Assembly: GCA_023920165.1 (NCBI GenBank)
Contig: CP089277.1
Location: forward strand, 2,170,001-2,234,000
Direction of reading: 5' to 3'
Source of the DNA: Curvularia clavata
Taxonomy: Eukaryota
Length of the DNA stretch: 64,000 bases
Every line of letters starts with the position of its first letter. Position 1 is the stretch's first letter. The notes beneath the pieces are model-generated. The model had not been told where the DNA came from. It made no database searches and worked only from the letters and a program-made list of their open reading frames with translations. The position numbers and the translations under genes were made by a program. Shown here in pieces: positions 12,169 through 25,011 of the stretch.

Positions 12169-12903
12169 ATGAGATGCCATACCAGCTGGCCCCACCCTTG
12201 GAACATTCCGACCAAGCAAAGCTTCTTCGTCAGCAATGAACAGGTTCTTGCCGATTATGCACATTTTTCAAGGCTGGAGCACCAGAAGGAACACTTGGAA
12301 ACCAATCTTGCCAATTGTGTTACTTACCTGCAGGCCCTACGCAAGAAGTACGCTCGGGGTGCACGACAGCTTGAAACCGACTCGTATTTACCGCGGAAGA
12401 AAAAGAAGAAGATACAGCAAAACATGCGTCAGCTCGAAAAGGAGATCAAATATCGAGAACGCGATGAAGAGGCTTTTCTCAACAACCTGCAAGCCTGCAA
12501 AACAAACATCTACCTGGCCGAGACAATGTCATCGTCGTCTAAATCGGCCCCGTCAACAATACCAGATCTTGCGTCGAACTCTACGTTATCCCCATATCCA
12601 GACGAGTCGGAGCTTACAGAGTTGAATTGGTTTGGTTTGGTGGACACGACAGCTCATTCTCCCATTCAGAAATCCAGCTACTCTCCCCTTGTCAACGAAA
12701 TGGCACCTGATGGCTATCTGAGCATGGATGAAATAGCAGTGACGACAAAGACTGGAGGGGGTCCTGGCTCTGGCAGCGAGTGTGTGGAACAGACCAACAC
12801 GACCTGGTGTTCACCCATGACCAGTGCGCCGACGCAGTTCGTATTACGCCCAGAAGCCGCGGTCTTCAAGCCTCGAGCCATCTACAAGGACCAGGATAGG
12901 TAA
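12169..12903 (+). CDS. Hypothetical protein with a coiled coil and a basic NLS-like patch
   Basis: ORF of about 244 codons from the first ATG. Heptad-like segment (LEHQKEHLETNLANCVTYLQALRKK...LEKEIKYRERDEEAF), PRKKKKK and a Ser/Thr-rich tail. True start uncertain. Confidence 0.65.
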   Translation: MRCHTSWPHPWNIPTKQSFFVSNEQVLADYAHFSRLEHQKEHLETNLANCVTYLQALRKKYARGARQLETDSYLPRKKKKKIQQNMRQLEKEIKYRERDEEAFLNNLQACKTNIYLAETMSSSSKSAPSTIPDLASNSTLSPYPDESELTELNWFGLVDTTAHSPIQKSSYSPLVNEMAPDGYLSMDEIAVTTKTGGGPGSGSECVEQTNTTWCSPMTSAPTQFVLRPEAAVFKPRAIYKDQDR

Positions 12904-13957
12904 ACTAGATCACAGCCTTGTCCACGTCCGCTTGTGACCACCACTGGCATTCGTAAGACCGCTTGGAATGACATTGGACATCAACGTCAACATCGACACC
13001 AACATCATCATCAACATCAACTCGACACAAGCACGTCGATGAAGGCTACCTGAGGGAATTGTTGAGAGATTGGGAAGTCATACCTGGACCCAGATTACCC
13101 CGCAGCAGGCAAAAACAGACAAGGGGCAGAGGGCGGCAGGTCTATGAGAAGTAGGACAAACTCTTTGTGATGGGAAGGAGTAATGGCAACACTCTATAGT
13201 ACCCCACTTCCCGTGCATACATGCGTATGTACATACAGGGCATAGTCGGGCTTTAATTGGCGCATCAGAAGTGTTTAAGCAATCTGAGTTCTTTTTCATT
13301 CGATGACGCTCGACCACTGTTTCTCACGCTTCCTATGCCATTGGGCTTGGGCAGGGGTGGTCTTCTCGTAGCACTTGGGCTACAGGACAGAAATTGGGCC
13401 ACCAGAAGTGTCTTGTAGTATGTACATGCGTCTTTGGACAGGATAGCATCAAGTCGTGTAATTGTAGTAAAAAAAATTCATTTGGCATGTGCCACGGCTG
13501 CATGTTGCTCGGGAGCTCGGCGCATGGCTGCCTCTTCGGGCCAGGTCGGCTTATGGCCCAGCCCCACACTGTGACGTGCCGTCGCCCGCGCAGCCCACGC
13601 TTCCTTTGCACGGCCGCTGCACGTACGAACTGCCCACCACCTTTCCCACTCTCCTCCCACGTTCAACATCCACACGCTAGCTGGAGTTCAACACTCTACG
13701 CCTTCTCGTTGGTCCGCATCAAAGAAGCGAGATTTGCGGCCACACAAAGACCAAAACGGAATCTAGAGCCCCGGCGGCGCACCCAGCTCCAATAGAGGAC
13801 AGTTCCGTACAGTACGGTAGCTGGCTCGCCTTCAACACGGCAGTTCACGCAGCACGCGCGCCTTGGCCCTTGCCGTGATATTAGCCGGGTGAAACCCTCG
13901 CCCACCTGCTGCTCAAGCATCTGCTTTTCGCTCCGTTGTCTGCATCTCACATCCAAC

Positions 13958-16900
13958 ATGGCTGATGTTAGCAACGGCTCCAAGGCCGACGGTAGCCAGT
14001 TACGAGAGCGGCCAAGCACTAAGCCACTACACCTCAACAGTGCAGACGATGCTAAGCAAAAGGTGTTGCAATTGAACGACGATGAAGACAAAAAGCACAA
14101 AGGTGATGCCAGCAAGAAGCGAACGTACGGAAGGACTCCGGACGGTACAGGTATGTTTCTAGTCTTCGAGCATGGCGAGAACAGAAGGCAACTCTCGTGC
14201 ATAGATGACCTACCCGCCCTCTCAAAGCATCCCCTCAGTACTAACTCTTCGGTGCAGTCTTCATTGTGCCCCAAACCCACGACATGGTCTCGCAGCTTCT
14301 CTCGCCCTCGCAGCCCAAGAACCTGTCGGATTTAGCAGTCCTTGCTGTGCTCGCCTCCATGATCTTGACCTTTTTTGCATTGCCCAAAAGCGCCCGCATA
14401 CCCGTATTCGCTATAGTCTTTCTGTTCTGGCGCGCTGGCTACAATGCAGGCATTGGCTGGCTGCTCGATGGCCAGTCCAAGCACAACCGCCTGGTCTTGT
14501 GGGCAAAACAGAGCCACATCTTCGAGAAACCCGAAACTGGCAAGAACCCAAATCCAGCCCTATACAAACTTCTCAAGCGTGAGCTAGAGATCAAGATCCC
14601 AGAGGATTACAAGTTTGAAGACGCTCCGCTTGAGTACAACACATGGCTGGTTTTTAGACGTGTTGTAGACCTGATTTTGATGTGTGATTTCGTGTCATAC
14701 TGCCTCTTCGCCATCGCCTGCTTCAACAGGCCCCAAGAAAGCTGGCTCCTGTGGGCTCTGCGATGGACGACGGGCATTGCCCTTTTTCTTTTCAACCTAT
14801 GGGTCAAACTTGACGCGCATCGAGTTGTCAAAGACTTTGCATGGTACTGGGGTGACTTCTTCTACCTCATCGACCAAAGCCTGACATTCGACGGCGTCTT
14901 TGAAATGGCACCACAGTAAGATTCTCTCTGCTAAGTCGTTGAGTTAAGCACATACTAACCGGCCACCCCTGCATACAGCCCAATGTACTCGATAGGGTAT
15001 GCCGGATACTATGGCATTGCTCTAATGACGGCAAGCTACAAGGTTCTCGCAATCTCCATCATCGCCCATGCTGCACAATTTGCTTTCTTGTCCATCGTTG
15101 AGGAACCACATATTGAAGCGACCTACAACCCAGCTCCTCCCCGCCGTACGCGCCATAATTCAGGGGAGGTTGCCCCGGAAGACCGTCCACGGACTAGCCA
15201 AACTGAGCTCGCTTTCGGCGAAACTGCCTACGATCCCTCCAAGCAACCTGCCCCAACGCACCACATTGTAGGACCTTTAAACACAGACTTCCATCGCTCC
15301 ATCGATGTCACGGTAGTATTGCTTTCATTTTACATGCTCTGTTTGGCAGTGCTGACTCCAAACACGTGGACGGTGAAGGCATTCTTATTCATCAATGCCT
15401 TGGGCTGGCGACTGTGGTATGCACTGGGACTAGGCTACATTCTAGACCGACAGTCCAAGAAGAAGAACTGGACCAAACACTTCATCAAGTATGGAGACAC
15501 CAAAGAAGAGGCTTGGCGCCAGTGGAAGTCCCTCTACCACATGAGTATGACAATGAGTCACGCAAGCTTTGTCGCAGTCGCCTGGAAGATGTACAGCCTT
15601 CCCTCAGACGGTCTCAATGGACTTGCACTCTTCCGACATGTCCTTGGCGTGGCCATGATTGCTCTTCAAATGTGGGTTGCCATGAGCATATATGAGTCTC
15701 TTGGAGAATTCGGATGGTTCTGCGGCGACTTCTTCTTTGACCCTCCTTCCAAATCGCTTACCTACAGTGGCATCTACCGCTTCTTGAACAATCCAGAGAG
15801 GGTTCTTGGACTCGCCGGCGTCTGGGGCATAGCCATCATAACATGGAGCCCAGCAGTCTTCTATCTCGCGACAACAGCTCACATCCTCAACCTGGCCTTC
15901 TTACAATTTGTGGAGAAGCCGCACGTCATCAAGGTAAGTTGAGATTTGATTTGAGCACGCAAAGACTTTGAGAATCTTTCAGACATCAACTCTGGAGTGG
16001 GGGCTAAGTGACACGCTCATCAATAAGATCAGTCCTCATAGTCTAAAGTACCACTTGCTAATCTTTTACATCTAGTTGTACGGCCGCAACCTCCGTGAAA
16101 TGTCCGGCGTTAGCAAAACCGTGCGTCAAGCATTGCCCGATCCAGTCCGCCAGTGGCAATCGGCAGCCGACCGGTACATCAATTCAATCGTGGAAAAAAT
16201 TGAAAGTTTCTTGGATGATTATAGGTCAAAGATTGCCACCAAATTTGACAAATTCGCCCATGAAACTACGAGTCTCTTTAAGGCGCCCCGGACCCGGATT
16301 ACGATCAGCCGGTCCTCTGAAGACATATCCGGTTTGGATGTCCGGCAATATAAGCTAGAGGTCGAAGGAACCTTACTGCCTCCAACAGTTGAGAAACAGA
16401 AGAATGGAGGCCGCGAAGGCGAACTCGCCAGGATTCCAGCTGCTCGGACAAACGACTTCAAGACACTCATCCTGGAATACGGCGCGCCCATCAAGGTCCG
16501 CTGGCAAGCGCCCCTGAATCATAGCAAGAAGGATTGGATTGGACTGTACATGGTTGCCGATAACCAGTCTCGCGAAATCACACACATCAGTTCGAATGGA
16601 AGATGGGTCGCCACTAACAAGGACATGTTTGACACTGCTCGTGCTGAAGACGGCATACTGGTCTCGGACAAGTTGGAGCCTGCAAACCCTGCCGATGAAG
16701 AATCTTCAGATTGCTACACTGGCGAAGTCGAGTTCCACGGAGATAAGCTTTGGTGGACTACTGGTGTCTTCGAATTCAGATACCACCATGGCGGTGGACA
16801 TCATGTCATGGCACTTTCACAGGCTTTTGAAATTCGAATTCCCAAGTTTGACGAGGACGATGTGGAAGTGGACGAGAATGGAACGATCCACCGGGCCGTG

Positions 16901-17296
16901 GAAGAGGCTCTTCTCCCCATCATCCAAAACTGCTTTGACCGTGACCCAGAGGTTGCACCTTCCACGCCCGAAGAACCTTTTGGCAGCCGAGTAGAACGAC
17001 ATGGCAAATTTGCCAAGCGTGTCGTCTTTGCGGTACATCAAATGTAAGTTTATGAATACTGCTCAAGATTGCAGTACAACAAACTGACGAGACGCAGGTT
17101 CGGTATTGAGTTTGCACCCGAGGTAGTACAGGCGGATGGTACCGTCAGGAATCTCGCATGGCGCATCTGCAATGCGAAGAAAGTCTTGGTAAGTCACTTG
17201 CGTCTCAGGCGGGCGTGGGATAACACAGCTGACGTAGTTTACTTTTAGGCGCCTTACAGTATGACTGCTACCCATGGTAGAAACACACCAACATAA
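13958..17296 (+). CDS. CHO2: Phosphatidylethanolamine N-methyltransferase
   Basis: Exons 13958-14150, 14258-14915, 14979-15933, 16076-17043, 17098-17188 and 17249-17296. Diagnostic [42 protein letters not shown] and [10 protein letters not shown] (two PEMT repeats). Confidence 0.96.
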
Positions 17297-17573
17297 AGGG
17301 GATGGCGACGACAATGGCGCTGTTGATCACTGCACTTTGATAGGGGCTAGCTTGATCTCTTTGTTTTGCAGGTCACTTTCGCCATCCTTTTGAGGAATGG
17401 AGGTGTATGAGTGAGGAACGTATTGAATGGAGAACAAGACGGAAAACACGCAGCATTTCTTTATCTCGATTCTTTTGGCATTGCCCAGACTGCTGCGGGT
17501 GGACTCAAGGGAGGGGAAACGTATTCATATCTGGGTCGGAGTTTCGAATGCATCCGTAGCAGGGTTGGGAGGT

Positions 17574-17578
<5 letters not shown>

Positions 17579-17602
<24 letters not shown>
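17579..17602 (+). repeat. (TTG)8 microsatellite
   Basis: Read directly; lies 3' of CHO2. Confidence 0.9.
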
Positions 17603-17604
<2 letters not shown>

Positions 17605-18217
17605 CATTTGCATTAGAATACCCAAAGAAAACGAATACACATGGGCCCTAGCAGCAACTATATGTACAGTTCTCCGGTGCTTATCCTATCGTCAGTGGCG
17701 CCCTGTGATAGATTGACGATGTGTCCAACGCCGTACTGAATTTGGACCATGGACCATCGCTTACCAGATATGCATGTGAGCGTCAGTGCAGCGATGAGAC
17801 TGAGATGCAGGCGGAATGCGGAGGAGGACATCTTATCTGATTCGACGCTGGGCGATGGGCTCGACGTGATTCGTCGTCGGCAAGTTTAACCTCGGCCTGG
17901 CCCGTGACGATGAGGCGACGAGATGCGCTGAGCAAGAGAGCATCTTCTGGAAGCTGGCGCGCCCTCTTCATTTAGGAGCCTATCGTCGCTTCATGGGCGA
18001 CTCGTCACGATAATTGCTTTTTGCGCTTCCTGTCATCCTCCCTTCCCGCCTCCTCACATTCTATATTCAGCTGGCGCGCTCCTTATCCATCTTCGGGAAT
18101 CCGCACCCTCCCGCCACTGGTCCCAGCGGCGGCTCCGCACGTCACCACGCGACTACCACGCCTCGTCAGCTGTGATTCTTCGACAAACAGCTCAACACCC
18201 CCATTGTTTAGCACCTC

Positions 18218-21055
18218 ATGATGGGCAAAGGCTCCTCCAAGACGAGCACCACGGTGCTCCCGCTCATCCCCCTTGCGCCGCCCCTCGCCGTCCTCCCTGG
18301 AACAACGCTCAAGATCCCCATTACCAACCGCTCCGATGTCGCTGCCATTCTCGCAAAGATATACAGCGTCAGTCCCACAGCCAAGCCCGATGCTGCCATC
18401 ACGGTTGCCTGTGTACCCCTCAGATCAAACACCTTGGGCCCAGATGGCAACTTGTTGATTGAAGATGGTCACAAGCGCGAGAAGACGCGGTATGAGAGTG
18501 ACCCAATGTTGGCAACCAAGAAGGACATCTTTGGCTATGCTTGCGTGGCCAAAGTCAGCGGTGTTCAGGGTCGCAAGCAGGGTGATCTGAGCCTAATTGT
18601 TGAGGGGCTAGAGAGGGTTCAGGTTGTCGATGTTGTTCAGGAGAGACCGTACTTTGAGGGAGAGTTGGCCCCTGTCGAGGAATACAGTATGTCTTGTACC
18701 CGCATTATGGGAGTTTGGTGTAAGCTAACAGACCTAGTCGACGTTGCCAATGAAGACCTCCTGAACCAGTTCAACCTCCTCAAGCAGCTATCACGCGAGC
18801 TGCTTGCCCTCGTCCGTCTATCTGCTATACTACCGCGCACACCACAAGTCACACTTTCGCCCATTGTCGCACGGAGACTGGAAATGTTCATCACAAGGAA
18901 AGACCTCTCGGATGCTGGCCTGCTAGCCGACTTCATGGCCAATGTTGTGGACAGCACACATGAGGAGACACTGCGCGTCCTAGCAGCTATTGACGTCAAG
19001 GAGAGGGTTGATAGAGTCATCGAGATTCTTCAACGACAAATCAGCAACATTCAGGGCAACACGCGCATGACTGTTGCCACCACACAAACATCAAGCACCA
19101 CCCTGGACATGGACACATTGCGGAAACTTCAACAAGAAGCTCTAAAGAGACGGGGAAAGATGGGCAACTTGCCTCCTGGTTTCCCCGCCGGCTTTCCTGG
19201 CGGTGGCCAACAACAGGCGAGCGAAGACGAGCCAAACGAGATCGATGAACTGAAGAAGAGGTTGGAGGACGCGAAATTATCACCAGATGCCAACAAGGTA
19301 GCACAAAGAGAGCTGTCGAGATTGCAAAAGATGAACCCTGCACAAGCAGAGTACCAGGTGTGCCGGAACTATCTCGAGAACCTTGCCGAGATTCCATGGT
19401 CCAAGACAACCGTTGATCAGCTCGACTCAAACACGCTGATCAGGGCGAAGCAGCAGCTAGACAATGACCACTATGGTTTGGAGAAGATTAAGAAGAGGTT
19501 GCTCGAGTATCTGGCAGTGCTCAAGCTAAAGGAGCAGGCCAACAAGAGCATTGACGATCAAATCCGTGCCTTGACCGAGGCTCCTGGCGCCGACGCTGAT
19601 GGCGAGTCTAAGAAAGAAGAAGCCGGAAGCAAGGTCACAAAGGAGCCGTCAGATGCAGAAGTGAAGCTGCTGGAGAAGAAGCGTATGGTGGACAAGTCGC
19701 CCATTATGCTTCTCGTCGGCCCGCCTGGCACAGGAAAGACATCCCTAGCCAAATCAGTTGCTACTGCACTTGGCCGGAAATTCCACCGCATCTCGCTTGG
19801 TGGTGTCCGTGACGAGGCAGAGATTCGTGGTCATCGTCGAACCTATGTCGCAGCCATGCCCGGCCTCATCGTGAACGGTTTGAAGAAGGTTGGTGTCGCG
19901 AACCCTGTCTTCCTGCTCGATGAGATCGACAAGCTAGGCATGTCGAACCATAATGGTGACCCCGGCGCTGCCATGCTCGAAGTGCTTGACCCAGAGCAGA
20001 ACCACACCTTCACAGACCACTATGTCAACATCCCCATCGACCTCTCCAAGGTTCTCTTCATCGCTACGGCGAATTCTCTCGACACCATACCACCTCCGCT
20101 GCTCGATCGCATGGAGACTATCCAACTGTCGGGCTATACGACACTTGAAAAACGACACATTGCTTCGAGGCATCTGATACCGAAGCAGATCACGTCGAAT
20201 GGCCTCCACCCTGAGCACCTTCAGATTCCCAACGATGTGCTGGACAAGATCATTACATCGTACACGCGCGAGTCGGGTGTCCGTAATCTAGAACGAGAGA
20301 TTGGCTCCGTGTGTCGGGCCAAGGCGGTAGAATATGCCACGGCCAAAGACACAAACACGCTTGCAGCGTACTCTCCTATTGTAACACTAGAAGACCTTGA
20401 TGCAACCCTGGGTATTGAAAAATTTGCCGAAGAACTGACAGAGCAAACGGCGCGACCCGGTGTCATCACAGGCCTAGTAGCCTACTCAACCGGCGGCCAG
20501 GGCTCCATTCTCTTCATTGAAATCGCAGACATGCCCGGCCAGGGACGCGTTCAGCTGACAGGCAAACTGGGCGACGTGCTCAAGGAGAGCGTCGAAGTGG
20601 CGCTGACATGGGTCAAGGCTCACGCCTTTGATCTGGGTCTGAGCACGACGCACGACGAGGACATTATGAAGAACCGCAGCATCCACGTCCACTGTCCCAG
20701 TGGCGCCATTCCCAAGGACGGACCCTCTGCGGGCCTCGCTCACACCATTGGCCTCATCTCCCTCTTCTCCAACCAGCCTGTTCCCCCCACGCTCGCCATG
20801 ACTGGTGAGATCTCGCTCCGCGGACGCGTGCTGCCTGTCGGCGGCATCAAGGAGAAGCTCATTGGGGCCCTGCGCGCGGGCGTCGAGCGCGTCCTCCTGC
20901 CAGAAGGTAACAGAAAGGATGCGAGGGAGCTCCCCGAAGAGGTTATCCAGGGCCTCAAGATTGAGTTTGTGGGACACATCTGGGAGGCGCTGGGCAAGGT
21001 GTGGCCCGAGAGGTGGGAGGGCGAGGCGGCGAGGGGGTGGGAAAGTAGATTGTAG
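18218..21055 (+). CDS. LONP2: Peroxisomal Lon protease (LONP2/Pln type)
   Basis: Lon N-domain, AAA+ Walker A GPPGTGKT, Walker B FLLDEIDK, protease PKDGPSAG (catalytic Ser) and VGGIKEK (catalytic Lys), C-terminal PTS1 SRL. One 51-nt intron at 18687-18737. Confidence 0.96.
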   Translation: MMGKGSSKTSTTVLPLIPLAPPLAVLPGTTLKIPITNRSDVAAILAKIYSVSPTAKPDAAITVACVPLRSNTLGPDGNLLIEDGHKREKTRYESDPMLATKKDIFGYACVAKVSGVQGRKQGDLSLIVEGLERVQVVDVVQERPYFEGELAPVEEYSMSCTRIMGVWCKLTDLVDVANEDLLNQFNLLKQLSRELLALVRLSAILPRTPQVTLSPIVARRLEMFITRKDLSDAGLLADFMANVVDSTHEETLRVLAAIDVKERVDRVIEILQRQISNIQGNTRMTVATTQTSSTTLDMDTLRKLQQEALKRRGKMGNLPPGFPAGFPGGGQQQASEDEPNEIDELKKRLEDAKLSPDANKVAQRELSRLQKMNPAQAEYQVCRNYLENLAEIPWSKTTVDQLDSNTLIRAKQQLDNDHYGLEKIKKRLLEYLAVLKLKEQANKSIDDQIRALTEAPGADADGESKKEEAGSKVTKEPSDAEVKLLEKKRMVDKSPIMLLVGPPGTGKTSLAKSVATALGRKFHRISLGGVRDEAEIRGHRRTYVAAMPGLIVNGLKKVGVANPVFLLDEIDKLGMSNHNGDPGAAMLEVLDPEQNHTFTDHYVNIPIDLSKVLFIATANSLDTIPPPLLDRMETIQLSGYTTLEKRHIASRHLIPKQITSNGLHPEHLQIPNDVLDKIITSYTRESGVRNLEREIGSVCRAKAVEYATAKDTNTLAAYSPIVTLEDLDATLGIEKFAEELTEQTARPGVITGLVAYSTGGQGSILFIEIADMPGQGRVQLTGKLGDVLKESVEVALTWVKAHAFDLGLSTTHDEDIMKNRSIHVHCPSGAIPKDGPSAGLAHTIGLISLFSNQPVPPTLAMTGEISLRGRVLPVGGIKEKLIGALRAGVERVLLPEGNRKDARELPEEVIQGLKIEFVGHIWEALGKVWPERWEGEAARGWESRL

Positions 21056-23744
21056 TAGGAACACAAGACTGCTGTTGTACATGTATATTTATCTCTATGA
21101 GAAAAGGGAAAGATCATGGCAGAATGAACAAGAGAAGATAGGTTTTTCTTTGAAGGGATGGATTGGCGTTGGCATATAGGCGTTGTTGTTTGTTAGTTTA
21201 GCGTTGCATGCAGTAGGTTTTTGATAAACAATAAACAGCTAGCTCGTAACACGCCAGGCTTTGTCTTGCATGTTCTTGCTGTGTTTGTCTTGTGCCTTCT
21301 TTCTCTTTCGCGTCTAGGGACCTAAAGCGCTGACACTACTACGGCTTTTCACATGCAGTCTATTCGCACCTACTCCTAGCTCTCACTAATAGCTTTGTCA
21401 TGTTAGCATCAGCACATACACGCCCTCTTTCCCCAATACAACTTCTGAGACTGCAAAAACATCAACGTGGCACATCTGTCAAAGCCGTCTGGCTCGCAGC
21501 TACGTCTCGTTTAGGAATGTAACCAATAGCTCGATATCTCGTGTGGCCTGATGGGCGTGTCCCGAAGTAATCTTAACGACGCGAGTATATAGCCTCAGGA
21601 CTCGGGACAAGCACAGGGATCGAGTCAAACGCAAGTGGAGTACCGTGCGTTCGCGCATGTGCGGATAAGGACTGAGCGCGGTGGGTTTGTGCGTCGTCCA
21701 ACCTCCAGCCCTGGCCTAGTGCCTTGTTCTAGGCTTCCGTGTGCGCACCCTGTTAGGTAACTCGCTTCGACTGATGTCCCAATCCACCAGCGCGTAGGGC
21801 AAGAGAAAAGGTTGATATTGAGTTTGCTAGTGTTTCACGACAAAGATGAATAGGGGATGGGGAAATAGTTCCAATGGGCATCGTTGGAGCCGTTGCAACG
21901 GCAGTGTGCTTGGTCCCTGCGTTTCGGCAGTTTGGTGTAGGTTGCTTTTTCCCAGGGAAGTGGTTGGGCGTCAAGTAGTTGTGGGATGTAAATGCAAATG
22001 GTAAAATGAGTGAAGTGTCGGCATCATAGACCCGTGTTTGATGTGAGGCAGGTGCTCGTGCTCAGTATTGTTGACGTCGCGAAAGAGACATAGTTTCGGC
22101 ACGGTATGTTCTTGGACCAGTCAGTCTGTGTCTCTCCATGTTCTTGTACAGATATGTAGTGCAACGAGCAGGGTTACATTTTCTGCGTTTAGAACCCAAG
22201 AAAGACGTTGTACCGGCGCTGTTGTCAGGTCATAGTTCCCGAAATGTTAATCTTAATGATTGCGACGCGTACATGGCGTGGTTAGTGCTGATGGGGGTCT
22301 AAGCTACGAGTGGCAAGCAGAACGCAGAGTGCGCTCTTTGTCGGCGTGGAGTAGCTTGGATACGACGTGCAGGCAATAGGAAAGGCAATATACAGTATGT
22401 ACGTAGACTGTCAAGACGGTCCGAGGTTGACAGATGAAGGATGCCGAGGACTGGAAGTAGTCCAGAGGCCATGTCGCATCGATGCGTTACATCCAGTACA
22501 GTCGATGGTTAGTGGGGGGTGCGGCATAGGGCCGATGGGCACAAGACTGGGGTATTGGGATCGATAGGTAGCAAGAGAGGGGCCCGGGCTCCACTGGTCC
22601 AGGTCTCCGGAACCGCGGCGAGGCATGATTGAGCGCATTGGGCGGGCGGAAACAGCGGTGATCGCTGGCAGCAACTGTGCATTGTCGTCGGCTGTCAGGC
22701 CGGCGACCCAGCTCATGGGGAGCGGTGCATGTGTACCCAAGCCACGGTGATATTCTCGGTGGCACAATACTTGCTTCAGCCTCGATGACATGGCGTCAGG
22801 ATGTCGCGGGTGCCAGCGCAACAAGCGGGCACCGATGGAAGCCAGGTAGGTGGTGGGAGGGGATAAGCCAGGAGCTTGGCAGGCGCATGTGCAACGCAAG
22901 CGACGTGTAGTGCAGACTGGCAATATCCATGTGTACTATGGGGGTGTGGCAGCCATTTGCTGGATAAAGCAGGGTGGGGATGTATATGTATGCGAGTGTA
23001 TGGGTAGATGGATGGATGTGAGCAGCAGGAGCATCGAGCATGTAGTAGTCGAGTACAGGAGGTAAAGGTAGGCAGCGAATGGCCGCGGAGGCGGCGTACG
23101 GCCTTGTTTGGCGCTGGCGTCGGCCGACGGGGCGTGGGCCGGGGTTTTCCCAGCGGCACAGAAGCTCGTCGCCGCAGTCTGCCGATGCAACTGAGCAAAA
23201 GTCTGACCAGGCAGTGCCCTGAGACTTTCCGCACCTGGCCGCCAACGGGCCGCTCACTCGGTCGTCGCGACGCTTGCGAGTAGTTCGTCAATGGGGTCCA
23301 TCCCAGCACGCCGGGCCTGCTGGCGGCCACGCTTCTCTGCCACACAGCGGCGGCGGCGACTAGTACTTGTATACCAGCACGCCGCCCACGCCCTCACTGC
23401 TGCTACTGCCGCCCGCTTGTCTGACCATCACCGCCTCTTGCTGTGGCTCGCGACGCCGCCGCTGTCCCTCTGCCCGTGTATTGGCTGTGGCTGTTGTGGG
23501 GTCCCCTACCAAGCCTTCGGTGTCCCGAGCAAATTGGCCCAGTTGACCCAGTGGCCAGACTCCAGGGATTTCTTAGCTGACCTGCATGCACGTCTGACCG
23601 TCGACGCCGCGCGACCACCTTCGCTTCGTATATTCTGGGAACGTGATCGCCAGTCTGCCACTGTCTCGTCATCGTCGTCGTCGTTGTCGTCGTCGTCTGT
23701 TCTGTTATTGCTGCATTCCACTCCATCTCACTGCCGCAGCAAAC

Positions 23745-25011
23745 ATGTCGACGCCCACCAATCCCGGAACGGCCGCCAAGGGCAAGAATGTCGAGCGTGG
23801 TGGCTTGGGCAAGTATGTCAAAAGGATGAGCACCGTCTTCAAGAGAGACCGATCCAGCAAAAGCCAGGCTCCTGCCACGGCCCCAGACGCACCTGCTGCT
23901 TCTGCGTCCCAAGGCCCAGCACAGCAGGCGCAGCCGGAACAACAACAGACTGGACAGGAACAGCATCAACACCAACAACAACAATCTACCCCAGCCCAGG
24001 GCGAAAACGATGCCACCACCACCACCGCCGCCGCCGTCTCCCCTACGTGAGTCCTGGTATACACAACTGTTGTCGACATGTTCACTAACCTCCACAGCCC
24101 CGTTGTTCCACATGTCTCAGCCCCACCTGCTCCTGTTCCCGTTTCCAAAACCATGGACCGCAATGCCATGCAGCAAGAACGTGCCCGTGCTCTCTTCGCA
24201 AAATACGGTCTCACTTTGGAATCCCACGAATGGATCGCCACCCCAGGCCCCATGCCTGCCCTCGAGCGTGTCGAGAAGCCAATTCGCATGCGCGTCCATC
24301 GTAGCTGCCACCGCTGTGGCACCCTCTACGGCGCCGACAGGACTTGTGTGCAGTGCGAGCACCGCCGCTGCAAAAAGTGCCCTCGCTTCCCCAGAAAGAA
24401 GACGCCCGAGGAGAAGCTGGCTGAGAAGGAAGGTACTGACCAACCCAAGAGAAAGCGCATGCTCACCATCCGTACCCGAGCTGGAGACGAACTAGTCTAT
24501 CAGCCCACCAAGCAACGCATCAGACGCACCTGCCATGTGTGCTCTACCGTCTTTGTGCCCGCTCAAGCAACCGTTTGCCAGAACTGCCAGCACCTGCGAT
24601 GCACAAAGTGCCCGCGTGAACCGGCAAAACTGAGCAAGTGGCCAGCCGGATACCCCGGCGATGCTGAGCCGGATAGTGAAACAGAAATGGACAGGCAACT
24701 CGAGACGTTTAGACGGACATGGCGGAAGCCTAGGACGAGGGTGCGATGGCAGTGTGAGAAGTGTAATAGCCTCTTCCAGAACCATTCGCCCCAGTGTCCG
24801 GGCTGTGGCCATGAGCGGTGTGACCAGTGTACCCGATCTCCGTGAGTGCTATGTTGCCTTGAGTACTGATCACTTGCTAACTCGCACATGTAGTGTCAAG
24901 AAACCAAAGAAGACAGAGCAGTTTGATGCACAGGTCGTCGCAGCTGTCGAAGCCAAACTTCGAGCTTTTGGTATAGACGACGGTCCTTCGTCAGCAGCAG
25001 AAGCTACTTAG
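23745..25011 (+). CDS. Uncharacterised Cys/His-rich protein with three putative zinc-binding repeats
   Basis: Exons 23745-24046, 24098-24841 and 24894-25011 join in frame. Three copies of CxxC-x8/10-CxxCxHxRCxxC-[PT]R; Gln/Thr/Ala-rich N-terminus. Confidence 0.85.

Noticed and set aside
6897..17296. egt1 and CHO2, both SAM-dependent N-methyltransferases, lying close together as a possible metabolic cluster
   Set aside because: Separated by an unrelated gene, no egt2-like C-S lyase or shared motif seen; proximity is probably ordinary synteny.
21056..23744. ORFs in the GC-rich region upstream of the zinc-repeat gene
   Set aside because: Mutually overlapping ORFs with no coding-like composition or consistent splice structure.
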